From an uncultured Alteromonas sp. (GTDB taxonomy: Bacteria; Pseudomonadota; Gammaproteobacteria; Enterobacterales; Alteromonadaceae): DNA of 64,000 nucleotides. Shown piece after piece: positions 37,076 through 47,449 of the stretch; within the stretch, counting starts at the first letter, position 1, and every line of letters starts with the position of its first letter. A model generated the notes under the pieces. It saw nothing but the letters and a program-made list of their open reading frames with translations. It was not told the origin of the DNA and did not search any database. The position numbers and the translations under genes were made by a program. Location: assembly GCA_964601635.1 (NCBI GenBank), contig CAZROH010000001.1:18476-82475 (forward strand), read 5' to 3'.

Positions 37076-37514
37076 GTCAGCCCTCCTGCTAATAGTTTAA
37101 AAAAGTTCAAGCCAAACGAAACGTGCAGATCTGCATTTGCAAACTCGATTAAGGCTATAGGCTTTCATATTCTAGACTAACGCATTTAAATATCAGTATT
37201 TTGACTTTTGCGTTAACAAGCTGTGGAGTGACGCTTTGTCTTTGTGGTGAGTCAGTGGGAAACATCCTGAATGGGTTTTACCAATGTCAGGAAGATTTTT
37301 AACGCCCCTTTTAACAAACTGGAATACTTTTGTTTTTTTATTCCCATTTTTGTTAGGGATAGGTAGCGCACCGTTTTTGTCGGCTAACAAATTATTGTCA
37401 GCTTATTTGCGTTTGCAAAGGCTGGTTTATTAACTGGCACATCCTTAAATATTTGAACTTTCTCAACCTGTGCCCTGCTAAAATATTTATCAGGGCTCGG
37501 GTTAGTCACTAAAT

Positions 37515-38381
37515 TTATCTCAACGCATCTATCCGTTTTTCCAATGGCGGGTGACTTGAGAATAATGCCTGCACTTTACCGGCACTTATCGCGAATGCTG
37601 CCATTTCATCTGGCATCGGCGGGGCGTCCTGATTTTGCTTCAGACGCATCAGTGCGGCTGCCATGTTCTGTTTACCGGCTAATGCAGCGCCTCCGGCATC
37701 GGCCCTAAATTCTCGATGACGCGAAAACCACATCACTATCATCATGGCCAGAATACCCAACACCACTTCGGCGATAATGGAAACTATCCAAAACGCCGGC
37801 CCGTGACCGCGTTCGACTTTGAACACTACCCGGTCAACGACGTGACCAATTACCCGAGATAAAAACACCACAAACGTGTTAATCACACCTTGCAATAAGC
37901 TCATAGTAACCATGTCGCCATTAGCAACATGACTGACTTCATGGGCTAATACTGCTTCAACCTCATTTTCTTTCATCCCTTTTAGTAAGCCAGTACTCAC
38001 CGCAACCAACGCATTATTTTTATTCCAGCCAGTAGCAAACGCGTTCAGTGAAGGGTGATCAAAAATACCCACCTCCGGCATCCCGATGCCAGCTTGTCTA
38101 GCCTGACGCTCAACCGTTCTTACTAACCACTGTTCAGTCGCGTTTGCGGGTTGTTCAATAACATGTACCCCCATACTTTTTTTCGCCATAAACTTGGACA
38201 AAAAGAGTGAAATAAAGGCACCGCTAAATCCTATAACCGCAGAGTAAATAAGTAAGGCTGTTAGATCTAAATCGACGCCATTCTGTTGTAACAGCCCTTG
38301 GATACCGAAAAAGCTGAACGTAATACTCAATAGCGCCATGATGGCGATGTTTGTACCGATAAAAAGTGCGATGCGCAGCAT
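37515..38381 (-). CDS. htpX: Membrane zinc protease HtpX
   Basis: NAFATG, HEVSHVANGDMVT, FSRHREFRAD, SHPPLEKRI; start at MLRIALF. Confidence 0.95.
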   Translation of the reverse strand: MLRIALFIGTNIAIMALLSITFSFFGIQGLLQQNGVDLDLTALLIYSAVIGFSGAFISLFLSKFMAKKSMGVHVIEQPANATEQWLVRTVERQARQAGIGMPEVGIFDHPSLNAFATGWNKNNALVAVSTGLLKGMKENEVEAVLAHEVSHVANGDMVTMSLLQGVINTFVVFLSRVIGHVVDRVVFKVERGHGPAFWIVSIIAEVVLGILAMMIVMWFSRHREFRADAGGAALAGKQNMAAALMRLKQNQDAPPMPDEMAAFAISAGKVQALFSSHPPLEKRIDALR

Positions 38382-38494
38382 ATCAATTCCTGTAATCCCG
38401 CTTATTGCATGAATATAGTGACAGCTTGAAACAAGCACAAGCACTCAGAATAAAAACATAAGGAATAAGTGCCGTACCCGGCTAGAAATAGCTC

Positions 38495-38537
38495 TATCAC
38501 TACCACCCGGCCTGACTGCACCTGAATGGTAGTGATA
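38495..38537. terminator. Hairpin downstream of the S9 peptidase gene
   Basis: TATCACTACCA / TGGTAGTGATA 11-bp inverted repeat. Confidence 0.5.
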
Positions 38538-38550
38538 TTTTACATCTACC

Positions 38551-40503
38551 CTATTTTTGCGGTGTGACTAAATGCTCCTGGAAAAACAACACCACTGCCT
38601 GCTGATAGACGTCACGGTTTTCTTTCTTACGATAACCATGCCCCTCGTTTAGCGCGTTCATGTACCAGACTTCTTTGCCTTTGTCTCGCAGCGCGTTGAC
38701 GATTTGCTCAGCTTCAGTGACTGGCACACGAGGATCATTCTGGCCCTGAATAACAAACATGGGTACATCAATTTTATCCACATTGTTACTAGGACTGATA
38801 TCCTGCAAATAATCGTGCATTTTTTGATCGCGCTCATCGCCATATTCAACCCGACGTAAATCACGACGATAATCCTGTGTGTTTTTCAGAAAAGTAACGA
38901 AGTTCGAAATTCCCACAATATCCACAGCAGCACTTAATCGATCGCTGTAGTGAACGGCACTCGCTAAAACCATATAGCCACCATAACTGCCACCAAATAC
39001 CGCCACTCGATTTTCATCTAAGTCCGGTTGGGTAGCTATCCAATCAAGCAGCGCACCGATATCTTTTACCGAGTCTTCTCGGTTAAAGCCGTTATCCAGG
39101 TTGATGTATTCTTTACCGTACCCTGCTGACCCCCTTACGTTGGGTACTATCACTGCCGCGCCTAACGTGTCCATCCAAAGTTGGTAAGTGCTTGCGAACG
39201 AGGGGCGAGACTGTCCTTCAGGTCCTCCGTGAATAGAGATAATAACAGGACGAGGTCCGTCAGCGTTGGGCTTGTAAATGAAGGCAGGGATCTCACGATC
39301 GTCAAATGTTGGATAGCGCACCAGCTCTGGCAGAATAAAATTATCAGTATCCAGGCCACCGACTTCACTGAATGTCCAGCGAGTCAGTTTACCGTAATCT
39401 GTTGCCTTAGGTTTTAGCGCTAGCACAAAGGTATCACTGGGCGTCTGCGCCGTATTCAGCGTCATTGCCAGTTTGCTGTCATCCGGGCTAAATTTGATGC
39501 CACCGATTAATCCCACTGGGATTGACTTCACTGGCTTATATTTAAAGCTCTTAGTATCAAGTAAATACAACTTGCTGATACCATCTTCATTGGTGGTAAA
39601 CGCTGCACGTTTTCCATTATGACTTATGGCGAAGCCTTGCACGTCCCAGTTAATCTTGTCAGTAATGACCTTTAACGTATCTTTTTTAAGATCTCGATAC
39701 GCTAGTTGAGTAAACTCACTTTTCTGGTTGGTCGACAGAAAATATCCGTCATCGTTTCCATTAAACGCAAGGGCATAATTTACCGATGGCGATTCTTCAC
39801 TGCCATCCATCAAAGTTTTTTCGCTGGTTTCAACATCCAGCAGATAAATACGTGAGTCACTGGCGCTGATATATTGCTGAGCCAGAATTTTACCGTCTTG
39901 CTTGTTCCAGTCAGCCGGTCCCCACCAGCTGCCATCAGTTGACTCAAGCACCACCCGACGATTCTCAGGTGCATTAGGATCCATCACCCAAATATCGTTG
40001 GCGCGACCATTTCGTTCCGTACTCTGGTAGGCCAGCCATTTACCAGAATTGCTCCATTCAAGCGCACCATTACGTGACTTGCCATCAGTGAGCATGGTGC
40101 TTTTACCGGTATTGGGATCAAGTAAGAAAATTTGCGAAAATTCACTTCCCCCTGCGTCCATGGTGAACGCAATCTCATTTGACTCCGGTTGACGAGCAAC
40201 CGACCCTATGGGTTCTTTAAAGAAAGTTACCTGACGACGCGCGCCGGCAGGCATATCGACACGGTGGAGCTGACCTACATCACCAAAACGGGTTGTGATA
40301 AAAATACTTTCACCGTCTTGACTGAACGCTTCAAACGGGGCGGAGCGAATATTCTGATATTGGTTGAGATCCGACACCACCTGTTCAGGGATTTCAGGAA
40401 TATTCTGTAAAACCAGATTCCCATTATTTACGATTCGTTCTTCAGCAGCCTGTGCGAACAGCGTTATCAGCGATAACGCGACTAGGGTTGATTGTATTCT
40501 CAT
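38551..40503 (-). CDS. Secreted S9-family (prolyl oligopeptidase-like) peptidase
   Basis: Signal peptide, beta-propeller region, HGGPE, GGSYGG, NDPRV, EGHG. Confidence 0.93.
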   Translation of the reverse strand: MRIQSTLVALSLITLFAQAAEERIVNNGNLVLQNIPEIPEQVVSDLNQYQNIRSAPFEAFSQDGESIFITTRFGDVGQLHRVDMPAGARRQVTFFKEPIGSVARQPESNEIAFTMDAGGSEFSQIFLLDPNTGKSTMLTDGKSRNGALEWSNSGKWLAYQSTERNGRANDIWVMDPNAPENRRVVLESTDGSWWGPADWNKQDGKILAQQYISASDSRIYLLDVETSEKTLMDGSEESPSVNYALAFNGNDDGYFLSTNQKSEFTQLAYRDLKKDTLKVITDKINWDVQGFAISHNGKRAAFTTNEDGISKLYLLDTKSFKYKPVKSIPVGLIGGIKFSPDDSKLAMTLNTAQTPSDTFVLALKPKATDYGKLTRWTFSEVGGLDTDNFILPELVRYPTFDDREIPAFIYKPNADGPRPVIISIHGGPEGQSRPSFASTYQLWMDTLGAAVIVPNVRGSAGYGKEYINLDNGFNREDSVKDIGALLDWIATQPDLDENRVAVFGGSYGGYMVLASAVHYSDRLSAAVDIVGISNFVTFLKNTQDYRRDLRRVEYGDERDQKMHDYLQDISPSNNVDKIDVPMFVIQGQNDPRVPVTEAEQIVNALRDKGKEVWYMNALNEGHGYRKKENRDVYQQAVVLFFQEHLVTPQK

Positions 40504-40977
40504 TAAATAATTCCATTTTTATTCAATTGCTTACTAGTTTTAATGAAGACTATAAATTAAGCAAGCGGAATACGTTTGATGACAGTAGCTAAATTCATTA
40601 ACACATTATTCTGTCGACTCGGAAAATTGGCCCCATTCATCACTTCGTAAAACCGATTGACCCCGCCAATCCCACCATTTACGTATTCGCACTAGTGCTA
40701 ACGCGTAAACCCCTATAATTTACGTTTGCATTGAGGCTTTACCCCAACCGGTTAATACCCTTACGGTGGCATGTTAGTTAGATGTTGACGCCAGCAACTT
40801 TAACGGTGTGCGAAACGGATCCTTACGACAGGCAGAGTACTGGGTGAAATGGCTTTCGGGAAATCTCGCAGGCAAACAACCTGAAAAGAGCAGAAACGTG
40901 CAACGTGACAGCAACTTACTTAATCACGCTCAGTCTCCTGTTAACAATTACTTGGTTCTATCCCTGGACCTCATTTT

Positions 40978-41002
40978 GGGGCGTTTTACGCCCCTTTTTT
41001 TT
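40978..41002 (+). terminator. Rho-independent terminator with no credible plus-strand gene upstream
   Basis: GGGGCGT-TTT-ACGCCCC followed by T8. Confidence 0.75.
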
Positions 41003-41036
41003 CAATCTAAGCGGGGGATTACGTGTGCGAAAGCCA

Positions 41037-41657
41037 CTATTGTTTAAATGCTTTACCGACGATGTAAACTTCTCGCGATCGCGGTCGCGAGGCAGCTGGC
41101 TTGCGTACCATCACTTTACTAAATGAGCTGCGCACCTCTTTCATAAATTCATCGTAGCCAACCCCCTGAAAGACCTTCGCACAAAAATTTCCACCAGGTT
41201 TGAGGACATTCCGCGCCATGTCCAAGGCTAGCTCTACCAGATACATGGAAGCATATTGATCAGTCGTATTTACACCACTCATATTGGGTGCCATATCAGA
41301 AACAACCGTATCGACCCGATCGCCATCCAATACTTGCAGAATATTGTCATAGACCGCTTCGTCGGTAAAATCGCCCTGAATAAAATCCACTCCTATTATG
41401 CTATCCATGGGCAGAATGTCAGACGCAATAACGCGCCCGGCCTCGCCTACCAATGGTGCCACGATTTGCGACCAGCCGCCCGGAGCTGAGCCGAGATCCA
41501 TGACCACATCACCTGGCCGGATAAGCTTATCTTTCTCGTTAATTTCAATCAGCTTATAGCTCGCCCGGGAACGGTATCCGTCAATCTGTGCCTTTTTGAC
41601 ATAAGGATCATTAACGTGTTCATCCATCCATTTTTTGCTGGTTTTTGACTTTGCCAT
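41037..41657 (-). CDS. rlmE: 23S rRNA Um2552 methyltransferase
   Basis: [40 protein letters not shown]. Confidence 0.96.
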   Translation of the reverse strand: MAKSKTSKKWMDEHVNDPYVKKAQIDGYRSRASYKLIEINEKDKLIRPGDVVMDLGSAPGGWSQIVAPLVGEAGRVIASDILPMDSIIGVDFIQGDFTDEAVYDNILQVLDGDRVDTVVSDMAPNMSGVNTTDQYASMYLVELALDMARNVLKPGGNFCAKVFQGVGYDEFMKEVRSSFSKVMVRKPAASRPRSREVYIVGKAFKQ

Positions 41658-41836
41658 AGACTGAATTTGCTTCTCGATTTATTCAAAACGGCACTTATTG
41701 TAGTCTTGTGCTATTTTTTTGCAAAGAACGCGCTATCGCGGACATACTAAAGACTTCGTAGTGTCAAAACGTTACACTAGTGACTACCAAAGTATATTCT
41801 GAACAATGAAAGTCCTCGCCTTTTGGATAGTGACCA

Positions 41837-42589
41837 ATGAAGTTAGATGATGTAAAAAAGCTGCACCAGAAAAAATACCGCAACCAGTTCGGCTACTTTC
41901 TGGTTGAAGGTGAACACTTGTTTCTTGAGCTTTTAAAAGCCAAAGAGCAAACATCAGCAATGGGTCATGTTACTCTGTATGTCACAGAAGAAAATGAACA
42001 ATGGGCGGCAGCATTAAAGACCCGCGCCAGGATTGTGCAGGTCAGTAAAAAGCAGATGGCCCATTTAAGCGATACCCAGTCCCCCCAGGGCATTATTGCT
42101 TGTGTGCCCTTACCCAAAACTCCTGACACAAAATACGACGCAAGTAACCAGGAACGCTGCATTTATCTTCACGAAGTACAGGATCCGGGTAATCTGGGCA
42201 CCATTTTGCGTACCCTGGCCTGGTTCGGTAACTTTCGTCTGCTGTTAAGCCCGAACAGTGTCGACCCGTATAATTCAAAAGTAGTCCGGGCCAGTATGGG
42301 AGCGATTTTCCATGTCCCGATTGAACAGGATATAAGTTTTGATGAATTACGGTTTCGGTTTGACCGATTTGCGTGTCTTGATATGCAAGGTGAAGCGATT
42401 CAGCACACAACGTTTACCGATCATCCGTGTTATATCTTTGGGAATGAGGCACGCGGCATTCCCAAAGAAGCATTCACACAAAATAATTTATCACCGTATA
42501 CCATACCAGGTAACGGAGCTATTGATTCCCTCAACCTTGCAACCGCAGTCGCCCTTTGTGTTTACGAGATTGCTCGATCATCGTCGTAA
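41837..42589 (+). CDS. TrmH/SpoU-family RNA methyltransferase
   Basis: VQDPGNLGTILRT, IFGNEARG, IDSLNLATA. Confidence 0.92.
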   Translation: MKLDDVKKLHQKKYRNQFGYFLVEGEHLFLELLKAKEQTSAMGHVTLYVTEENEQWAAALKTRARIVQVSKKQMAHLSDTQSPQGIIACVPLPKTPDTKYDASNQERCIYLHEVQDPGNLGTILRTLAWFGNFRLLLSPNSVDPYNSKVVRASMGAIFHVPIEQDISFDELRFRFDRFACLDMQGEAIQHTTFTDHPCYIFGNEARGIPKEAFTQNNLSPYTIPGNGAIDSLNLATAVALCVYEIARSSS

Positions 42590-42770
42590 CTTAAAACTTA
42601 GCGACAATAAATAGCCTTACTGGGCCGTTTTTAATAGAACATTGGTTACAATTCTCGGCCTGAACTAACCAAATTATGATGCGCTTCAGGGCGTCTGCTT
42701 TTTTTACATGCAGCCTATACCCCACCATTAGATTCCACCTACATAACTGATATAACTGAATTTTTTATTA

Positions 42771-42786
42771 TGGCCTGATTTATGCT
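42771..42786 (+). promoter_or_regulatory. Putative sigma-54 promoter of the PEP-CTERM gene
   Basis: TGGCCTGATTTATGCT with GG-N10-GC; a TTTACA-containing box lies about 65 bp upstream (42692-42709). Confidence 0.65.
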
Positions 42787-42861
42787 GAGTACTACTTGAG
42801 GTATGAGGCGTTTTTGTAAACGCTTGCATTATAAGAAGTAAGAAGTAAACAGGAGTAGTAT

Positions 42862-43503
42862 ATGAAGTTTTTGAAAGGATGTTTTATCAGTCTTGCCCTG
42901 CTGACAGGCTCGTTCGCCAATGCATCAATTGTGAATTTTGATTTTCGCGGTGATGGTGGCAACCAGCTGTTCGATAGCCTACTGTTTAAATCAGGCAGTT
43001 TTAACCTGACCGTTACCGCTCACGCATGGACCGTCGATGAGTTGGGCAACAAAACCAAGATTGATGCGCAAGTAGAACAGTTCACCCAGGGACTCGGCGT
43101 AAGTAGCGGTGTAGGTGACAGCTTTAGACTTGATGACACTGAGTCACTGAAAGAGAAACTCATGTTTAAACTGACCAGTGATGTTAACCCATTTGCGAAA
43201 TTCACCTGGACTGAAATATTCTTTGGTTCTCGTTGGTTATCTCAGCTGGAAGAAGGTGAAATGGCGCAAGTGCGTTTTGGTTATCCCCACAAAGCCAGCT
43301 TTTTAAGCGGAAGCGCTGATTCTTATGCGATTGATTTAGACGGCTACTCAACGCTGATTGATATTCAGCCGGGCAGTTCTACTGAAGACAACGGGTTTCG
43401 AGTTCAAGCCATCTCTGTCGACGTACCAGAGCCATCATCCCTTGCGATATTATCATTAGGTTTATTGGGTTTGGGCTTGCGTCGTGTTAAGAAGGCTCGC
43501 TAA
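42862..43503 (+). CDS. PEP-CTERM sorting-domain surface protein
   Basis: Signal peptide (..FANA); C-terminal VPEPSSLAILSLGLLGLGLRRVKK. Confidence 0.95.
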   Translation: MKFLKGCFISLALLTGSFANASIVNFDFRGDGGNQLFDSLLFKSGSFNLTVTAHAWTVDELGNKTKIDAQVEQFTQGLGVSSGVGDSFRLDDTESLKEKLMFKLTSDVNPFAKFTWTEIFFGSRWLSQLEEGEMAQVRFGYPHKASFLSGSADSYAIDLDGYSTLIDIQPGSSTEDNGFRVQAISVDVPEPSSLAILSLGLLGLGLRRVKKAR

Positions 43504-43567
43504 TCTTTATTAGCCTTGCTTTTACGGGCTTAATCTAATCGGCCCGTTCAACGAGCTAAATAATATG

Positions 43568-43604
43568 AAAAAAGCATTTATTCGGGAGAATAAATGCTTT
43601 TTTT
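43568..43604. terminator. Bidirectional terminator (PEP-CTERM gene / glmS)
   Basis: AAAAAAGCATTTATTC-GGGA-GAATAAATGCTTTTTTT. Confidence 0.85.
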
Positions 43605-43686
43605 GTTTGATGCTGCTTTAAGGAATGCATCCTGAACTCATATGAGCTGACCTGATGCCAGCATTATATGATCAAAACCTGTCTCA

Positions 43687-45519
43687 TCACTCAACCGTCA
43701 CCGACTTAGCTAAGTTTCGTGGCTGATCCACATCCGTTCCTTTAATCAATGCGACGTAGTAAGACAACAATTGCAATGGAATGGTATAGATAATAGGCGC
43801 TATGGGTGCCTCACAATGCGGTACGTTGATCACTCGCATGGTTTCGTCCGACGCAAAGTGTGCGTTTTTATCCGCGAACACATACATGATACCGCCGCGA
43901 GCACGAACTTCTTCTACATTAGATTTTAATTTCTCCAACAGCTCGTTATTGGGGGCTACCACGATAACCGGCATTTCCTCATCTATCAGTGCCAATGGAC
44001 CGTGTTTAAGCTCACCTGATGCATAAGCTTCAGCGTGGATATATGAAATTTCTTTCAATTTCAGTGCACCTTCCATCGCAATGGGGTACTGATCTCCACG
44101 TCCCAAGAATAAACTATGATTTTTATCGGCAAATTCTTCCGCTAAATCTTCGATGCCTTGTGTAATGGCCAGGGTTTCTTCTAGTTTCGTCGGTAAACTG
44201 TGTAGTGCAGCAACGATGTTTTCTTTATGCTCTGCACTTAGTCCATTGTGCTTACCCAATGCGATAGTCAGCATTAAAAATGCAGTTAACTGGGTAGTAA
44301 ACGCTTTCGTTGAAGCCACGCCTATCTCTGCACCCGCTTTAGTCATAAAGGCTAAGTCAGACTCACGCACCAACGAGGAGCCAGGTACGTTACAAATAGT
44401 CAGGCTCGACATATAACCAAGCTCTTTAGCTAATCGCAAAGCCGCTAACGTATCTGCCGTTTCACCCGACTGAGAAATGGTTACCAGTAAGCTATTTTCA
44501 TGTACCACCGATTTGCGATAGCGGAATTCTGAAGCGATTTCGATACCGCACGACACATTGGCATATTGCTCCAGCCAGTAGCGTGCTGTCATTCCTGCAT
44601 GGTAGCTGGTACCACAGGCAATAATCTGAACATGTTTTACATTAGCGAAAATATCATCAGCACCCGCGCCAAATATATCACTGACAATGTCTGTTTCGCC
44701 CAGGCGGCCCTTAAGTGCATTTCGCACCACGGTAGGCTGCTCATGAATTTCTTTAAGCATGTAGTGACGATAACCGGCTTTGTCACCTGCATCATGCTCA
44801 ATATTGGATTCAATTACTTCGCGTTCGACCGGCTGACCGTCTTTATCAACAATCGTCACCTGACGTCGGGTAATCTCCGCAACATCTCCTTCTTCAAGAA
44901 AGATGAAACGTCTTGTGACCGGCAACAGTGCCATCTGATCAGAGGCGATAAAATTTTCACCCAGACCTAACCCGATAACCAACGGACTCCCTGAACGGGC
45001 CACCACTACACGAGAAGGGTCTTCTCTATCCATGATCACGGTACCGTAGGCACCGTGGAATTGTTTTACTGAATTTTGCACCGCTGCAAACAGACTTGCG
45101 CCGGACTTTAATTCCTCATTTACGGTATGGGCAATGGTTTCCGTGTCGGTATCACTGGTGAAGGTATAGCCCTTTTCTTGCAGAGAGGCACGTAATGACT
45201 GATAGTTTTCGATAATTCCATTATGTACCACCGCTACGCGATCAGCAGAAAAGTGGGGGTGAGCATTATCTTCTGTAACACCACCGTGGGTAGCCCAGCG
45301 AGTATGCGCAATGCCCGTGGTTCCAAGCGCATCTCCATTTGCTACCGCATCGGCCAGCTCTTGTACTTTACCTGTGCGACGTATGCGACTTAGCGTGCCG
45401 TCTTTTTGCAGCAAGGCGACGCCTGCTGAGTCATATCCTCTGTATTCCAGGCGCTTTAAGCCTTCAAGCAAAATTTCAACTACATTACGTTCGGCGACTG
45501 CGCCCACTATTCCGCACAT
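43687..45519 (-). CDS. glmS: Glutamine--fructose-6-phosphate transaminase
   Basis: [25 protein letters not shown]-terminal [13 protein letters not shown]. Confidence 0.98.
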   Translation of the reverse strand: MCGIVGAVAERNVVEILLEGLKRLEYRGYDSAGVALLQKDGTLSRIRRTGKVQELADAVANGDALGTTGIAHTRWATHGGVTEDNAHPHFSADRVAVVHNGIIENYQSLRASLQEKGYTFTSDTDTETIAHTVNEELKSGASLFAAVQNSVKQFHGAYGTVIMDREDPSRVVVARSGSPLVIGLGLGENFIASDQMALLPVTRRFIFLEEGDVAEITRRQVTIVDKDGQPVEREVIESNIEHDAGDKAGYRHYMLKEIHEQPTVVRNALKGRLGETDIVSDIFGAGADDIFANVKHVQIIACGTSYHAGMTARYWLEQYANVSCGIEIASEFRYRKSVVHENSLLVTISQSGETADTLAALRLAKELGYMSSLTICNVPGSSLVRESDLAFMTKAGAEIGVASTKAFTTQLTAFLMLTIALGKHNGLSAEHKENIVAALHSLPTKLEETLAITQGIEDLAEEFADKNHSLFLGRGDQYPIAMEGALKLKEISYIHAEAYASGELKHGPLALIDEEMPVIVVAPNNELLEKLKSNVEEVRARGGIMYVFADKNAHFASDETMRVINVPHCEAPIAPIIYTIPLQLLSYYVALIKGTDVDQPRNLAKSVTVE

Positions 45520-45528
45520 ACATCACTC

Positions 45529-46299
45529 CTAATTATTTACTGCTGCGCAGATGACTTCTACGCCGTATGCTTTAATTCGATTAATTGCGTCGTTATTTAT
45601 TTCACCATCGGTCACCAACGTTGAAATGGATGACCAGGGTAATTCCACATTGGGGATTTTACGGGTCAGCTTTTCCGATTCCGCCATGACCACCACTTTG
45701 CTGGAGACTTCTGCCATCACCCGGCTCAATGATGTGAGCTCGTTAAAGGTGGTTGTGCCGCGTTGAAGATCAAGTCCGGCGGCACCCAGAAAGGCGATAT
45801 CAAAATTGTACGCGTGTAACATGGCTTCCGCCATTTGCCCTTGAAAAGAATGTGAAAGAGAATCCCAGGTGCCCCCTGTCATTAACACTTGAGGTTCGTT
45901 TTCCAGTTCCAATAAAGTTTGCGCCACGTGCAATGAATTAGTCATCACCACCAATCCCCGTTTACGTGACAATAACGGCATTAGTGCTGCCGTTGTGCTT
46001 CCGCTATCAATGATAATGCGCTGGTGATCTTTGATCAGTTCGGCGGCAGCAACAGCGATATCTGATTTTCGTTTTGAAACGACGCTTTCATTGGCTGCTT
46101 CGCCTTCTGACGGCATTCGCACTGCACCACCAAAACGACGCAACAACAAGCCATTACTTTCCAGCTCAGACAAATCTTTTCGAATCGTCACTTCAGAAGT
46201 AGAAAATAATTGTGCCAGCTCGTCCACCGCCACATCACCCTGAGCGTGAAGGCGTTCGACAATAGCCCGGCGGCGTTGTTGAGTATTTCTTTTTAGCAT
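45529..46299 (-). CDS. DeoR-family transcriptional regulator (probable glmS regulator)
   Basis: HTH SEVTIRKDL..LRRFGGA; IIDSGSTT; 9 bp upstream of glmS. Confidence 0.92.
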   Translation of the reverse strand: MLKRNTQQRRRAIVERLHAQGDVAVDELAQLFSTSEVTIRKDLSELESNGLLLRRFGGAVRMPSEGEAANESVVSKRKSDIAVAAAELIKDHQRIIIDSGSTTAALMPLLSRKRGLVVMTNSLHVAQTLLELENEPQVLMTGGTWDSLSHSFQGQMAEAMLHAYNFDIAFLGAAGLDLQRGTTTFNELTSLSRVMAEVSSKVVVMAESEKLTRKIPNVELPWSSISTLVTDGEINNDAINRIKAYGVEVICAAVNN

Positions 46300-46400
46300 C
46301 ACTCGAAAGTTTTATGTTTCGTTTTGAAATATATCGTAAGATATAATTTTCGAATTGCAAGCTATTTTTGCGTATTGACGGTACATTTTTCGATCAGCGC

Positions 46401-47429
46401 TTATATTTCAACCACACTATTTGCGGTGTTAACTTCAGCGGCGTGTGTGACTCGTTCCAGAATGTCGATAGTGGCAATGACATCATCAGCATCAACAGGG
46501 GGTGGCAGCTTGTCGACAATGCATGCCGCCAATTGCTTGTAAAAATTGATGTATTGACCCTTTTCAATTTTGATCGGCACACATCTCTCTGCGTTGCATA
46601 ACTGGCCATCGTTTGCCCCCCGACCAAAATCCTCACCTAATGGACTATCTCCATTTTTTAACTGCAATTCTTGTGGATCAAGGCCAAAGTGCCGATAGCT
46701 GCCTTTTGTACCCTGCAACTCAAAACGTAAGGTTTCATTAGCCTGAAACGGTGAACTGCCTATGTGGTATGTCAGGTCAGCGTAATGCAATGTGAGTTCA
46801 AAAGTATCAACTGACTGTCCCTGCGATCGCGAGATATGTAAATACCCACTTACTTTTTCAGGTTTTCCAAAAAGAGTAATAGCTTGATCGATCAAATGGG
46901 GACCCAGATCCCAAAAAATTCCACTGCCCGGGCCTGCATTCTCCCGCCAACGGTCTTTAGGATGAGGACGAAAACGGTCAAAGCGGGACACGATCCGCTT
47001 TATGTCACCTAACTTTTTCTCCTTCAATAAGCGGCCAACGGTAGTGAAATCACCATCAAAACGGCGATTTTGAAATACACAAAGAGTGAGTTGCCTGGCG
47101 GTTGCTAACGCCATTAATTCGCGCGCTTCCTTGGCGGAGAGAGTAAAGGGTTTTTCCACCAGTACATGGCAGTTTGCTAATAGCGCTTTACGTGCCTGCA
47201 AACCATGCAAATGGTTTGGGGTGGTGATAATGACCAAATCAAATTGTTGATTATTAAGGGCCTCATCCATCGATGAATACACTTGACAGTCAGCCAGGCT
47301 TGCATGAACTTTGTCGGCGCTGGATGACACCACAGCTCGCACATCAAACGCTTCAAGTGCCTGTAAAAAAGGGAGGTGAAAAGTAGTGGCAGCATAACCA
47401 AATCCTACGACTAGTGTTTGTAATGCCAT
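46401..47429 (-). CDS. Gfo/Idh/MocA oxidoreductase (YdgJ-like)
   Basis: VGFGYAATTFH, HVLVEKPF, QNRRFDGDF, DLGPHLIDQ. Confidence 0.92.
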   Translation of the reverse strand: MALQTLVVGFGYAATTFHLPFLQALEAFDVRAVVSSSADKVHASLADCQVYSSMDEALNNQQFDLVIITTPNHLHGLQARKALLANCHVLVEKPFTLSAKEARELMALATARQLTLCVFQNRRFDGDFTTVGRLLKEKKLGDIKRIVSRFDRFRPHPKDRWRENAGPGSGIFWDLGPHLIDQAITLFGKPEKVSGYLHISRSQGQSVDTFELTLHYADLTYHIGSSPFQANETLRFELQGTKGSYRHFGLDPQELQLKNGDSPLGEDFGRGANDGQLCNAERCVPIKIEKGQYINFYKQLAACIVDKLPPPVDADDVIATIDILERVTHAAEVNTANSVVEI

Positions 47430-47449
47430 GCTGCCCCTCTTTTGGTGAT

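Noticed and set aside
37193-37390. 65-aa minus-strand ORF upstream of the APC permease
   Set aside because: TTG start with no SD and no recognisable features; cannot be supported.
37435-37451. TGGCAC as a sigma-54 promoter
   Set aside because: No GC at the -12 position.
40808-41126. 79-aa and 73-aa plus-strand ORFs
   Set aside because: Both cross the terminator and overlap the end of rlmE; GTG starts with no recognisable motifs.
43600-43690. attTn7 site downstream of glmS
   Set aside because: No Tn7 end repeats or tns genes follow glmS; the site appears empty.
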